The position numbers and the translations under genes were made by a program. Source: Alphaproteobacteria bacterium (GTDB lineage: Bacteria; Pseudomonadota; Alphaproteobacteria; CALKHQ01). From it: a stretch of DNA of 64,000 nt. Shown here piece after piece: positions 27,593-38,171 of the stretch (position 1 is the first letter of the stretch; every line of letters starts with the position of its first letter). Under the pieces are notes generated by a model. It was given only the letters and a program-made list of their open reading frames with translations. It did no database searches and had not been told where the DNA came from. The stretch covers positions 2,304,001 to 2,368,000 of the forward strand of contig CBDDFZ010000001.1 in NCBI GenBank assembly GCA_965227515.1. Reading direction: 5' to 3'.

Positions 27593-28069
27593 GTGCCGCT
27601 GTTTCTTTCGGAGCACGCAAACAAGGTCGATAAGAAGGGACGTGTCTCGGTGCCGGCGCCCTATCGCACCCAGCTTGCGCCCAGCCCACCTCAGACAATC
27701 TACGGTTTGCGGTCATTCGACCTCGGCCCCAAGTGCATCGAAATGTGGCCCTACGAGCGCATCGAGCGCTTGCAGCAGTCGTTCGACGACAACCCCGACG
27801 CGGCCGACGACGAACAACGCAATCTCGCACTCTACATCTTTTCGGAATCGCGTCCATTCACGACTGACGAGACCGGACGCATTCAATTGCCTTCGGATTT
27901 CCTCGAACACGCCGGAATTGACGGCGAAGCCTTGTTCGTCGGGTGCGGGTCCAAGTTCCAGGTCTGGCAGCCCGAGGCTTATCGCGCGGTCAAGGACGAC
28001 ATGCGCAACGGCGCCGCACAGCCGACAGCCGGCGCCACTTTGCACCGAATGATGGCGAGACGGTCATGA
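27593..28069 (+). CDS. mraZ: Transcriptional regulator MraZ
   Basis: GTG after GGGGAG; DKKGR and DETGR motifs; first gene of the dcw cluster. Confidence 0.92.
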   Translation: MPLFLSEHANKVDKKGRVSVPAPYRTQLAPSPPQTIYGLRSFDLGPKCIEMWPYERIERLQQSFDDNPDAADDEQRNLALYIFSESRPFTTDETGRIQLPSDFLEHAGIDGEALFVGCGSKFQVWQPEAYRAVKDDMRNGAAQPTAGATLHRMMARRS

Positions 28070-29133
28070 TGAACGCGATGCCTGATCCAGCAATTCTGTC
28101 CCGCAACGGCGACATGGCCGCGCCGCCGGCCAAGGCGCCGCACACGTCGGTCATGGCCGACGAGGTGATCGAGGCGCTGCAGCCGCGCGACGGCGGCGTC
28201 TATGTCGACGGCACCTTCGGCGCCGGCGGTTACACCCGTGCGCTGCTCGCCAGCGCGGCCTGCTTCGTGTGCGCCATCGACCGCGACCCGCATGCGGTGG
28301 CGATCGGCCGCCGGTTGGCGCGCGACTATCCCGGCCGCCTGATGATGATCCAGGGGCGTTTCGGCGACATGGCGACCCTGCTCAGCGACCGCGGCATCGA
28401 GCATGTCGACGGCGTGGCGCTGGACCTGGGTGTGTCGTCCATGCAGCTCGACGATGCCGAGCGCGGCTTCTCCATCCGTCATGACGGTCCCATCGACATG
28501 CGGATGGACGACACCGACGAGGACGGGCCGACCGCCGCCGACCTGGTGAACTGCTGGTCGGAGCGTGAGTTGCGCGAGATCATCTCGCGCTATGGCGAGG
28601 AGCGCCGGGCGGGTGCCGTGGCGCGCGCGATCGTGCGCGCCCGCCTCGACGGGCCGATTGCCACCACCCACAAGCTTGCCGAGGTGGTGCGCCGCGCGGT
28701 CACCGCCGGCCAGAAGCCGACGCGGGGACGCGGGCCTGACAAGGTCCAGATCGACCCGGCAACGCGCACGTTCCAGGCCCTTCGCGTGAAGGTCAATGAC
28801 GAGATCGGCCAGCTCGAGAAGGGGCTGGAGGCGGCCGAGCGGATGCTGCTGCCCACCGGTCGGCTGGCAGTCGTCAGTTTCCAGTCATTAGAGGATCGCG
28901 CAGTGAAGTCGTTCCTGCGCGTGCGTAGCGGCGCAGCGCCCAACCCCTCCCGTCACCTCCCCGACGTGCTGCGCCGCCCGCCCCCTACGTTCCGCATGGT
29001 CGCCGGCAAGCTGCTGCGGCCGAGCGCGCGCGAGGTCGACGCCAATCCGCGCGCCCGTTCCGCCAAGCTGCGCATTGCCGAGCGCACGGGCTCGTCCGTC
29101 GTGCCGACAGGACCGCGAGGCGCACTGTCATGA
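28066..29133 (+). CDS. rsmH: 16S rRNA m4C1402 methyltransferase
   Basis: DGTFGAGGY, DLGVSSMQLD, TRTFQALR, NPRARSAKLR. Confidence 0.96.
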   Translation: MMNAMPDPAILSRNGDMAAPPAKAPHTSVMADEVIEALQPRDGGVYVDGTFGAGGYTRALLASAACFVCAIDRDPHAVAIGRRLARDYPGRLMMIQGRFGDMATLLSDRGIEHVDGVALDLGVSSMQLDDAERGFSIRHDGPIDMRMDDTDEDGPTAADLVNCWSERELREIISRYGEERRAGAVARAIVRARLDGPIATTHKLAEVVRRAVTAGQKPTRGRGPDKVQIDPATRTFQALRVKVNDEIGQLEKGLEAAERMLLPTGRLAVVSFQSLEDRAVKSFLRVRSGAAPNPSRHLPDVLRRPPPTFRMVAGKLLRPSAREVDANPRARSAKLRIAERTGSSVVPTGPRGALS

Positions 29134-29825
29134 TGCGCTGGTCCATCCTGTTCTGGCTTGTGGTCGTCGCCGGTGCCGGCGGCTGGCTGTACAACATCAA
29201 GTACAAGGTCATCGGTCTCGAGGACCAGATCGCGGCGTTCGACCGTGAGATGCAGGCCGACCAGGACGCCATCCAGATCCTCGATGCCGAGTGGAGCCAC
29301 CTCAATTCGCCGGAGCGGCTTGAGGACCTGATCGCGCGCCACCTGGAGATGGAGCCGGTGACCGCCGCCGACATGGTGACGCTGGCGAGCCTGCCGATGG
29401 CCGATCCCAACCGGGCCGGCCCCAGCCTGGGCAACACGACCCCGGGGGCCGGTGCGCTGTCGCCGGATGCACCGCCGCTGCCTGTGCTGATGCCCGAGCG
29501 GCATCGTGCGCCGGGCAGCCCGGATGTGCCCGACACGGCGCCCGCGCCGGCTGACGAGCCCGGCATCGACGACCTGATCCTGGCCGACATCACCCGCGAT
29601 CCCACTGCCGCGCCGCCGCCTGTCGACGCGCCCGCGCCCCTGGTGCCGGCCGAGCTCGCCTTGCAGCCCGTGCAGCCGAAGCCGGCGCAGGACCCGATCA
29701 CCGCCCTGATCTCGGACGTGCTGACCGAGCCGCGCGCGGCCATCGGCACCGCCGCCGCCGATGCAAACGTCACCGTCGACGGCGCGATCTCCGCCGTCGC
29801 CTTCCAGCCGGGTGGTGCCCAGTGA
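29130..29825 (+). CDS. ftsL: Cell division protein FtsL with a Pro-rich tail
   Basis: TM plus coiled coil, LDAEWSHLNSPERL; position between rsmH and ftsI. Confidence 0.85.
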   Translation: MMRWSILFWLVVVAGAGGWLYNIKYKVIGLEDQIAAFDREMQADQDAIQILDAEWSHLNSPERLEDLIARHLEMEPVTAADMVTLASLPMADPNRAGPSLGNTTPGAGALSPDAPPLPVLMPERHRAPGSPDVPDTAPAPADEPGIDDLILADITRDPTAAPPPVDAPAPLVPAELALQPVQPKPAQDPITALISDVLTEPRAAIGTAAADANVTVDGAISAVAFQPGGAQ

Positions 29826-31546
29826 CGCTGTCGCGCCGCAAAGCCAACGCCAAGCCGCAGGGGGTGTTCTCCGTCGGCGCGGACGTCCAGTTGGACGGGC
29901 CGCGGCGCATCGAGACCCTCGCCAGCAAGTCGGTCGAGGTGGCGCGCACCCGCCTGGTGATCGCCAGCGTGTTGTTCCTGCTCGGCTTCGGCGCGGTGGC
30001 GCTGCGCCTGTTCGAGACCATGGTGCTGACCGGCGGCCTGACCGCGGCGGCGAACGCGGCCGACCTGTCCGAGATCGCGGCCCGGCGCGGCGACATTGTC
30101 GACGCCAACGGCACCATCCTGGCCACCAGCGTCAGCACCGCGTCGCTTTACGCCAATCCGCGCGAGATCATCGATATCGACGCGGCGGTGTCCGCGTTGC
30201 TGACGGTGCTGCCGGATATCGACGTCGAGCTGATCCACCGCCGCCTGTCGAGCGACCGCCAGTTTGTCTGGCTGCAGCGCAATCTGACCCCGCATCAGCA
30301 TTTCGAGGTCTTCCAGCTCGGCATTCCCGGCTTCGATTTCGTCAGCGAGGCGCGGCGCATCTATCCGCAGGGCGCGATCTCCGGCCACGTGGTCGGCTTC
30401 ACCGACGTGGACGGCCACGGGCTGGCCGGCGTCGAGCAGTCGTTCGACGAGCAGTTGGCGGCCGGCGAGGATATCGCCCTGTCGCTGGATCTGCGGGTGC
30501 AGCACATCGTCCGCGAGGAACTGGCGGCGGGTATGGCCGAGTTCCAGGCCATCGGCGGCGCCGGCATCGTGATGGACGTGACCGACGGCCGTGTCGTCTC
30601 CCTGGTCTCGCTGCCCGATTTCGATCCCACCGCGCCCGGCGACGCCGATGAGGATGCGCGTTTCAATCGCGCGACACTGGGCGTTTTCGAGCTCGGTTCG
30701 GTGTTCAAGATGTTCAACACCGCGATGGCGCTGGACGCCGGCGTGGCCAACGTGAATTCGATCTTCGATGCCACGCATCCGCTGCGCTACGGCCGGTTCA
30801 CCATCAACGACTTCCACGCCAAGTACCGGCCGCTGTCGGTGGCGGAGATCCTGCTCTATTCGTCGAACATCGGCTCGGCGCGTCTGGCCATGGCCGCGGG
30901 CACGGAGCGCCAGCAGTCGTTCATGGAGCGCGCCGGCATGCTGGAACGCTCGCCGATCCAGTTGCCGGAGGTCGGTGCGCCACTGGTGCCGTCGCCCTGG
31001 CGCGAGATCAACATGATCACCATCGCCTTCGGCCACGGCCTGGCGGTGAGCCCGATGCAGCTCGCCAGCGGCTATGCCGCCATCAGCAACGGCGGCGTCA
31101 TGTACCCGGCAACGCTGTTGAATACGACCGACGTGCCGGTGCAGGGCAATCGCCTGATCTCCGAGGAGACGTCGCAGACCATGCGCCGGCTGCTGCGCAT
31201 GGTGGTGCACGACGGCTCCGGCCGCGCGGAGGCGCCGGGCTACGTCGTCGGCGGAAAGACAGGCACCGCCGAGAAGGCATCCGGCCGCGGCTATAGCGAG
31301 AGCAACCTGCTGTCGACCTTCGTCGGTGTGTTCCCGATGCACGATCCGCGCTATGTCGTGCTGATCTCGCTGGACGAGCCCCGGGGCAACGAATCCACCC
31401 ACGGTTTCGCTACCGCCGGCTGGGTCTCGGCCCCGATTGTCAGCCGCATCGTCAGCCGCATCGGCCCGCTCATGGGGGTCGAGCCGGTGGACGAGGACGA
31501 TCCGGCCGTGCTGGCCGTGACCGACCTCGACGGGCCCTGGCGATGA
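29822..31546 (+). CDS. ftsI: Septal transpeptidase PBP3
   Basis: RGDIVD, SVFK (SxxK), SSN, KTG motifs. Confidence 0.93.
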   Translation: MTLSRRKANAKPQGVFSVGADVQLDGPRRIETLASKSVEVARTRLVIASVLFLLGFGAVALRLFETMVLTGGLTAAANAADLSEIAARRGDIVDANGTILATSVSTASLYANPREIIDIDAAVSALLTVLPDIDVELIHRRLSSDRQFVWLQRNLTPHQHFEVFQLGIPGFDFVSEARRIYPQGAISGHVVGFTDVDGHGLAGVEQSFDEQLAAGEDIALSLDLRVQHIVREELAAGMAEFQAIGGAGIVMDVTDGRVVSLVSLPDFDPTAPGDADEDARFNRATLGVFELGSVFKMFNTAMALDAGVANVNSIFDATHPLRYGRFTINDFHAKYRPLSVAEILLYSSNIGSARLAMAAGTERQQSFMERAGMLERSPIQLPEVGAPLVPSPWREINMITIAFGHGLAVSPMQLASGYAAISNGGVMYPATLLNTTDVPVQGNRLISEETSQTMRRLLRMVVHDGSGRAEAPGYVVGGKTGTAEKASGRGYSESNLLSTFVGVFPMHDPRYVVLISLDEPRGNESTHGFATAGWVSAPIVSRIVSRIGPLMGVEPVDEDDPAVLAVTDLDGPWR

Positions 31547-31556
31547 GGGCGGCGCG

Positions 31557-33083
31557 ATGAGAGCGAACGATATCGACATGCGCCTGAACGAGCTGTTGCG
31601 CGCCGCCGGCCTGGACACGCTGGCCGATGCCCTGGACGCCGATCCGGAGATCACCGGCCTGGCGAGCGATTCCCGGCTGGTCGAGCCCGGCAATCTTTTC
31701 GCCGCCACCCCCGGCACGGCGGTGGACGGGCGCGCCTTCATTCCCGATGCGCTGGCCAAGGGCGCCGGCGCCGTGCTGACCGAACCGACACCCGAGCTTC
31801 ACGGCGGCTACTCCGCACCCGAGGTCGCATCCCCTGTTGCATCACCCCGTGCACCCCTAGTCGCGACCGACAATGTGCGCCGCACACTGGCGCGCATGGC
31901 CGCCGCCTTCTATCGCCCGCAGCCGTCCGTGATGGCGGCTGTTACCGGAACCAGTGGCAAGACGTCCGTCGCCACGTTCACACGACATCTCTGGAATGCG
32001 CTTGGGCGCCCCGCTGCCAGCATCGGCACGCTGGGCATCCAGGCCCCGCAACTCGACGAGCCCGGCAGTTTGACAACCCCCGACCCCATCACCCTGCACC
32101 GTCGGCTGTCCGGGCTCGTCGAGCACTCCCATGTTGATCGCGTCATCCTGGAGGCATCCAGCCACGGGCTGGACCAGTTTCGGCTGGACGGCATTCGTTT
32201 CCGGCTGGCGGCCTTCACCAACCTTGGCCGCGATCACCTGGACTACCACCCCAGCGTCCAGCATTACCTGGCGGCCAAGACGCGCCTGTTCGCCGAGTTG
32301 CTGGAGCACGACGGCACCGCCGTATTGAATGCCGACGACCCGGTCAGCGAAGGCATTGCCTCGGTCTGCCGTGCGCGCGGTGTGAACACCGTAATGTACG
32401 GGCGCGCTGGCGCCGACCTGCGCCTGGTCGACAGCGAACTGGACCATGACGGCCAGCGCCTGACGCTGGAGATCGCCGGCGCGCGCCGCGCCGTGCGGCT
32501 GCCGCTGCCGGGTGCCTTCCAGGCAATGAACGCGCTGGCGGCCCTCGGCATGGTGACCGCGGACGGCGCCGATATGGCCGATGCGCTCGCCGCACTGGAA
32601 GACCTGCCGGGCGTGCCCGGCCGCCTGGAGCATGTCGGCGGACCAGAGGGTGCCGCCGTCTATGTCGATTACTCCCACAAACCCGATGCCTTGGAGACCG
32701 TGCTCAGCGCTCTGCGGCCCCATGCCCGTGGCAGGCTGATCGTCGTGGTCGGCTGCGGCGGTGACAGGGACCGTGGCAAGCGCCCGCTGATGGGCCGGAT
32801 CGCCGCCGAATGGGCCGACGTTGCGTTCATCACTGACGACAACCCGCGCAGCGAAGACCCGGCGGCGATCCGTTCCGCCATGATGGCCGCCTGTCCCGGC
32901 GGCCGCGAGATTGGCGACCGTGCCGAAGCGATCCATGCCGCCGTGGCCGAGGCGCGGCCCGGGGACGTGGTGCTGATCGCCGGCAAGGGGCACGAGACCG
33001 GGCAGAAAGTCGGTGACCGGGTGTTCCCATTCGACGACCGTGACGTCGCGCGTGCGGCCATTGCCGCGGTCTCGGGGTCGTGA
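31557..33083 (+). CDS. murE: UDP-MurNAc-dipeptide meso-DAP ligase
   Basis: GTSGKTS, EASSH, DHLDYH, DNPR (meso-DAP specificity). Confidence 0.96.
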   Translation: MRANDIDMRLNELLRAAGLDTLADALDADPEITGLASDSRLVEPGNLFAATPGTAVDGRAFIPDALAKGAGAVLTEPTPELHGGYSAPEVASPVASPRAPLVATDNVRRTLARMAAAFYRPQPSVMAAVTGTSGKTSVATFTRHLWNALGRPAASIGTLGIQAPQLDEPGSLTTPDPITLHRRLSGLVEHSHVDRVILEASSHGLDQFRLDGIRFRLAAFTNLGRDHLDYHPSVQHYLAAKTRLFAELLEHDGTAVLNADDPVSEGIASVCRARGVNTVMYGRAGADLRLVDSELDHDGQRLTLEIAGARRAVRLPLPGAFQAMNALAALGMVTADGADMADALAALEDLPGVPGRLEHVGGPEGAAVYVDYSHKPDALETVLSALRPHARGRLIVVVGCGGDRDRGKRPLMGRIAAEWADVAFITDDNPRSEDPAAIRSAMMAACPGGREIGDRAEAIHAAVAEARPGDVVLIAGKGHETGQKVGDRVFPFDDRDVARAAIAAVSGS

Positions 33084-34519
33084 GGCCAGCCAAGGACAAG
33101 AGCGCCCTGTGGAGCGCGGACGCCGTTGCCGCCGCCACTGGCGGCCGCTGCAGCGGTGACTGGACGGCAAGCGGCGTTTCCATAGATACCCGTACATTGC
33201 GGCCGGGCGACCTGTTCATCGCCATTCGCGGCGAGCGGCTGGACGGGCATCGCTATCTTGCCGCCGCTCTGGATGCCGGCGCGGCGGGTGCCGTGGTGGA
33301 CACGATCCCCGACGGCATGGCCGACGACGATCCACGCCTGGTGGTCGTGGGCGACACGATGCAGGCGCTGCAGGCGCTGGGACGGGCCGGTCGCGAACGA
33401 TCGGCGGCGACCATCGTGGCGGTCACCGGCAGCGTCGGCAAGACCAGCATCAAGGAAGCGCTGCGCCTGGTGCTCTCCGCCCAGGGCGCGACCAGTGCTT
33501 CGATCGGCAATCTGAACAACCATTGGGGTGCGCCGCTGTCGCTGGCCAGGCTGCCGGCCGACAGCCGCTTCGGCGTGCTGGAAGTCGGTATGAACCACAC
33601 CGGCGAGCTGGCCGCCCTTGGCACCATCGTGCGCCCGCACGTGGCGGTGATCTCCAACATCGAGCCGGTGCACATCGAGAACTTCGACAGTGTCGAGGGC
33701 ATCGCCGAGGCGAAGGCGGAACTGCTGGCGTCTGTGGCGCCCGGCGGTGCCGCGGTCCTGCCGCGCGACAGCGCGCATTACGAGCTGTTGCGCCGGCGCG
33801 CCAAGGCGGCCGGCATCGAACGCATTCTGGACTTCGGGTCCCATGCCGCGGCCTACGCCCGCGTCACCGACTACGGGTTGAACGAGACCTCCAGCCGCGT
33901 GTCGGCGGTCATTGGCCAGCGCGTCGTCAACTACCGCGTCGGTGCGCCGGGCCAGCACTGGATCCTCAACAGCCTGGCCGCGCTGGCGGCGGTGGATGCG
34001 GCCGGCGGCAATGTCGGCGAGGCAGCACTGGCGCTCGGCGACCTGACGGCGATGGGCGGGCGCGGCAAGCGCCATGTCGTGCACCTCGGCAGCACCGAGG
34101 CGCTGCTGGTCATCGACGACAGCTACAACGCCAGTCCGCCGTCGATGGCGGCCGCGTTCCAGTTGCTGGCCGACACCAATTTCGGCGACGGCGCGCGCCG
34201 CGTCGCGGTGCTGGGCGACATGCTGGAGCTGGGGCGGGCGAGCCCGCACCTGCACGCCGATCTGGCCGACAATCTGATCCGCGCGGGTATCCACAAGGTC
34301 CACACCTGCGGCCAGGGCATGACCCACCTGCGCAACCGGCTGCCGCTGGCGATGCGCGGCGTGCATTCGCCGGACGCGCGCACGTTGGCGCCGATGGTGG
34401 CGGCCTGGGTGCGCAGCGGCGACATCGTTCTGGTCAAGGGGTCGCGCGGCATGCGCACCGATATCGTGGTCGATGCCCTGCTCGGTCTGGATCGCGCGCC
34501 CGCGGCCGTCAGCGAATAG
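33080..34519 (+). CDS. murF: UDP-MurNAc-tripeptide D-Ala-D-Ala ligase
   Basis: GSVGKT, NNHWG, DSYNASP, VKGSR. Confidence 0.96.
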   Translation: MRPAKDKSALWSADAVAAATGGRCSGDWTASGVSIDTRTLRPGDLFIAIRGERLDGHRYLAAALDAGAAGAVVDTIPDGMADDDPRLVVVGDTMQALQALGRAGRERSAATIVAVTGSVGKTSIKEALRLVLSAQGATSASIGNLNNHWGAPLSLARLPADSRFGVLEVGMNHTGELAALGTIVRPHVAVISNIEPVHIENFDSVEGIAEAKAELLASVAPGGAAVLPRDSAHYELLRRRAKAAGIERILDFGSHAAAYARVTDYGLNETSSRVSAVIGQRVVNYRVGAPGQHWILNSLAALAAVDAAGGNVGEAALALGDLTAMGGRGKRHVVHLGSTEALLVIDDSYNASPPSMAAAFQLLADTNFGDGARRVAVLGDMLELGRASPHLHADLADNLIRAGIHKVHTCGQGMTHLRNRLPLAMRGVHSPDARTLAPMVAAWVRSGDIVLVKGSRGMRTDIVVDALLGLDRAPAAVSE

Positions 34520-34531
34520 GCGGTCCGGCCC

Positions 34532-35620
34532 ATGCTTTACGAGTTCCTGTTTCCCCTGGCCGAAGACGTTGCCGTCTTCAACCTGTTCCAATACATCACC
34601 TTCCGCACCGGTGCGGCCGGGTTCACCGCACTCGTGCTGAGCTTCGTGCTGGGGCCCGGCATCATCCGCTGGCTCAGGCGCAAGCAGCCGGACGGCCAGC
34701 CGATCCGCGAGGACGGCCCGCAGAGCCACCTGGAGACCAAGGCCGGCACGCCCACCATGGGCGGCGTGATGATCCTGATCAGCCTGGTCATCTCCACCCT
34801 GTTGTGGATGCGCCTGGACAACCACTTCGTCTGGGCGGTGCTGGCGGTGACGGTCGGCATGGGCATGGTGGGCTTCGCCGACGACTACATGAAGCTGACG
34901 CGCCGCAACTCAAAGGGCGTCAGCGCGCGGTTCAAGATGCTGGTGCTGCTGGCGATTGCGCTGGCCGCGGGGGTCTGGATCATCCTGGCCACGCCGGATG
35001 AAATCTCGCACCACCTGGCGATCCCGTTCATGAAGGACCTGCTGGTCAATCTGGGCTGGTTCTACCTGCCGTTCGCGGCCTTCGTGATGGTCGGCGCCTC
35101 CAACGCGGTGAACCTGACCGACGGGCTCGACGGCCTGGCGATCATGCCGATGATGGTCGCGTCGGGCTGCTTCGTGCTGATCGCCTACCTGGTCGGCAAC
35201 GCGGTGTTCGCCGACTACCTGCAGATTCAGTTCGTGGCCGGTGCCGGCGATCTGGCGGTGTTCTGCGGCGCCATGGTCGGCGCCGGGCTGGGCTTCCTGT
35301 GGTTCAACGCGCCGCCGGCCATGGTGTTCATGGGCGACACCGGCTCGCTGTCCATGGGCGGCGCGCTGGGCGCCATCGCGGTCGTCACCAAGCATGAGCT
35401 GGTGCTGGCCATCATCGGCGGCCTGTTCGTGCTGGAGGCGGTCTCGGTCATCGTCCAGGTGGCCTCGTTCAAGCTGACCGGGCGGCGGGTGTTCAGGATG
35501 GCCCCGCTCCACCACCACTTCGAGCAGAAGGGGTGGGCGGAATCGACCATCGTCATTCGTTTCTGGATCATTGCGGCCATCCTGGCCCTGGTCGGGCTGT
35601 CGACCCTCAAGCTCAGGTGA
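34532..35620 (+). CDS. mraY: Phospho-N-acetylmuramoyl-pentapeptide transferase
   Basis: [28 protein letters not shown]. Confidence 0.97.
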   Translation: MLYEFLFPLAEDVAVFNLFQYITFRTGAAGFTALVLSFVLGPGIIRWLRRKQPDGQPIREDGPQSHLETKAGTPTMGGVMILISLVISTLLWMRLDNHFVWAVLAVTVGMGMVGFADDYMKLTRRNSKGVSARFKMLVLLAIALAAGVWIILATPDEISHHLAIPFMKDLLVNLGWFYLPFAAFVMVGASNAVNLTDGLDGLAIMPMMVASGCFVLIAYLVGNAVFADYLQIQFVAGAGDLAVFCGAMVGAGLGFLWFNAPPAMVFMGDTGSLSMGGALGAIAVVTKHELVLAIIGGLFVLEAVSVIVQVASFKLTGRRVFRMAPLHHHFEQKGWAESTIVIRFWIIAAILALVGLSTLKLR

Positions 35621-35625
35621 CGGCG

Positions 35626-37050
35626 ATGGCGGCTGACCTGCTGATACCGGACGTGGCCGATCGACGGATCGCCGTCCTGGGGCTGGGGCGTTCCGGCATG
35701 GCCACCGCCGTGGCGCTGCGTGGCAGCGGTGCCGACGTGATCGCTTGGGACGACACCGAGCGCGCGCGCGCACTGGCGGCGGAGGCCGGCTTTGCGCTAG
35801 GCGACCCCAGCGATGAACCGTTCAATCGAGTCGACATGCTGGTGATGAGCCCGGGCATTCCACACCGCTTTCCGCAGCCGCATCCGGCGGCGGCGAAGGC
35901 GCTGGCGGCCGGCACCCCCATCGTGTGCGATATCGAGCTGATGGCGCGGGCCGTGGGCGACACCGCCATGGTCGGCATCTCCGGCACCAATGGCAAGTCC
36001 ACCACCACGGCCCTGATCGGCCACGTGCTGAAGACGGCCGGACGGCCGCACGCGGTCGGCGGCAACATCGGCACCGCCGCCCTCAGCCTGCCGAAGCTGC
36101 CGGACGATGGCGTCTATGTGCTGGAACTGTCATCGTTCCAGCTCGAACTGGTCGACAGCACGCGCTTCACCGTCGCCGTCCTGCTCAACATCACGCCGGA
36201 CCATCTGGACCGGCACGGCGGCATGGACGGATACATCGCCGCCAAGCACCGGCTGTTCCGCAACATGACCTCAAGCGACACGGCGGTGATCTGCGTCGAC
36301 ACCGCGCCGGCCGCCGAAATCGCGGCCGAACTGGCAGCAGCCGATGGCGGCCCTCGCGTGCTGACGATCTCGACCGCCGATCCGATGGGGCGGGCGGCGT
36401 TCCTGCGCGACGGCCGGATCTGGGACCGCATCGATGGCGCCGAGGCCGAGCCGGTGGCCGACCTCGCCGAAGCAAAGGCGTTGCCTGGCCGGCACAATGC
36501 GGAGAACGCGCTCGCCGCCTACGTTGCCTGCCGTTGCCTGGGCCTGCCGCGCGCGGCCATTGTGCGCGGCCTGCTGACGTTCCCGGGCCTGGCCCATCGG
36601 CAGGAACTGGTGGCGACCGCCGACGGCGTGCGCTTCGTCAACGACAGCAAGGCCACCAACGCCGACGCCGCGTCGCGCGCCCTGGCAAGCTACGGCCGCA
36701 TCTACTGGATCGCCGGCGGGCGCGCCAAGGACGATGGGCTGGCCGGCACCGAGGCCGCGCTGGGCAACGTCGTCCATGCCTTCCTGATCGGCGAGGCTGC
36801 CGATGCCTTTGCGGCCGAACTTGCAGGGCGGGTGCCGACCACCGTCTCCGGCACGATTGACCGTGCGGTGCCCGCCGCGTTCGCCATGGCGCGCGGAGAC
36901 GCTGACGCCGTCGTGCTGCTGTCGCCGGCCTGCGCATCGTACGACCAGTTCAAGGATTTCGAGGCGCGGGGCGAGGCGTTCCGCGCTGCCGTGATGGCGC
37001 TGGCGGATGCAAGTACCGCCAATGGCGCGTCCGGGAGTGTGGCGCGATGA
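35626..37050 (+). CDS. murD: UDP-MurNAc-L-Ala D-Glu ligase
   Basis: GTNGKSTT, ELSSFQL, DSKATN, SPACASYDQF. Confidence 0.96.
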   Translation: MAADLLIPDVADRRIAVLGLGRSGMATAVALRGSGADVIAWDDTERARALAAEAGFALGDPSDEPFNRVDMLVMSPGIPHRFPQPHPAAAKALAAGTPIVCDIELMARAVGDTAMVGISGTNGKSTTTALIGHVLKTAGRPHAVGGNIGTAALSLPKLPDDGVYVLELSSFQLELVDSTRFTVAVLLNITPDHLDRHGGMDGYIAAKHRLFRNMTSSDTAVICVDTAPAAEIAAELAAADGGPRVLTISTADPMGRAAFLRDGRIWDRIDGAEAEPVADLAEAKALPGRHNAENALAAYVACRCLGLPRAAIVRGLLTFPGLAHRQELVATADGVRFVNDSKATNADAASRALASYGRIYWIAGGRAKDDGLAGTEAALGNVVHAFLIGEAADAFAAELAGRVPTTVSGTIDRAVPAAFAMARGDADAVVLLSPACASYDQFKDFEARGEAFRAAVMALADASTANGASGSVAR

Positions 37051-38171
37051 CGAGTTTCACCCGCGTTGACCGCTCGGTTGTCGGGCGCTGGTGGTTCACC
37101 GTCGACCGCTGGTCGCTGGCCGCCCTGGTCGGCCTGATCGCCATCGGCATCCTGCTGACGCTCGCTGCGGGCCCGCCATCGGCGGAGCGCATCGGGCTCG
37201 ACAGCTTCCACTTCGTCAAGCGCCAGTTCATGATCCTGCCGCTGGCGATCGTGCTGATGCTCGGGGTCTCCCTGCTGTCGCCGCGCGGCATTCGCCGGCT
37301 CGCCTTGCTGATGCTGCTGGGGGCGCTGGCGGCGACCGCGCTGACGCTGGCGATCGGGGTGGAGATCAAGGGCGCGCGGCGCTGGATATCGCTCGCCGGA
37401 TTCTCGCTGCAGCCGACAGAGTTCGTGAAGCCCGCGCTGGCGGTGGTGACCGGCTGGCTGTTCGCCCGCGCCCACCGGGTGCACGACTTCCCGGGGCGCA
37501 TCCTGGCCGGCCTGCTGTTCGCGGTGACCATGGGGCTGATCCTGGCCCAGCCCGACCTCGGCATGGCCGGCGTCGTCGGCGTCACCTGGTTCTGCCAGTT
37601 CTTCCTGGCCGGGCTGCCGTTCTTCCTGGTCGTCGGTTTGGTGATCCTCGGGGTCGGCGGCGTGGTCGGCGCCTATTACGCGTTCGATCACGTGACCAGC
37701 CGCATCGACCGTTTCCTCGATCCGTCCAGTGGCGACAACTACCAGGTCGGGCGCTCGCTGGCGGCGTTCGAGCAGGGCGGCCTGTTCGGGCGCGGCCCGG
37801 GCGAGGGGCGCATCAAGGACCAGTTGCCGGACGCGCACTCCGACTTCGTGTTCGCGGTCGCCGGTGAGGAATACGGTGCAGTGTTCTGCATCGTCGTCGT
37901 CGGCCTGTTCGCGTTCGTGGTGCTGCGCGGCTTCGGCCGGCTGATGCACTCGCCGAACCTGTTCGTGGTCCTCGCCTCTGCCGGCCTGCTGGTGCAGTAC
38001 GGCCTGCAGGCAATCATCAACATGGCCTCGGCACTGCACATGATGCCGACCAAGGGCATGACGCTGCCGTTCCTCTCCTACGGCGGGTCGTCGCTGCTGG
38101 CGATTGCGATTGCCATGGGCATGATGCTGGGCCTGACCCGGCGCTGGTCCGACGAAGAGGACACGTTGTGA
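37047..38171 (+). CDS. ftsW: SEDS peptidoglycan polymerase FtsW
   Basis: GARRWI, QPTEF, AHSDF, SYGGSS. Confidence 0.95.
   Translation: MTSFTRVDRSVVGRWWFTVDRWSLAALVGLIAIGILLTLAAGPPSAERIGLDSFHFVKRQFMILPLAIVLMLGVSLLSPRGIRRLALLMLLGALAATALTLAIGVEIKGARRWISLAGFSLQPTEFVKPALAVVTGWLFARAHRVHDFPGRILAGLLFAVTMGLILAQPDLGMAGVVGVTWFCQFFLAGLPFFLVVGLVILGVGGVVGAYYAFDHVTSRIDRFLDPSSGDNYQVGRSLAAFEQGGLFGRGPGEGRIKDQLPDAHSDFVFAVAGEEYGAVFCIVVVGLFAFVVLRGFGRLMHSPNLFVVLASAGLLVQYGLQAIINMASALHMMPTKGMTLPFLSYGGSSLLAIAIAMGMMLGLTRRWSDEEDTL

Noticed and set aside
28985-31759. 924-aa antisense ORF over ftsL/ftsI
   Set aside because: Shadow ORF from high-GC codon bias opposite well-conserved genes, with no recognisable motifs.
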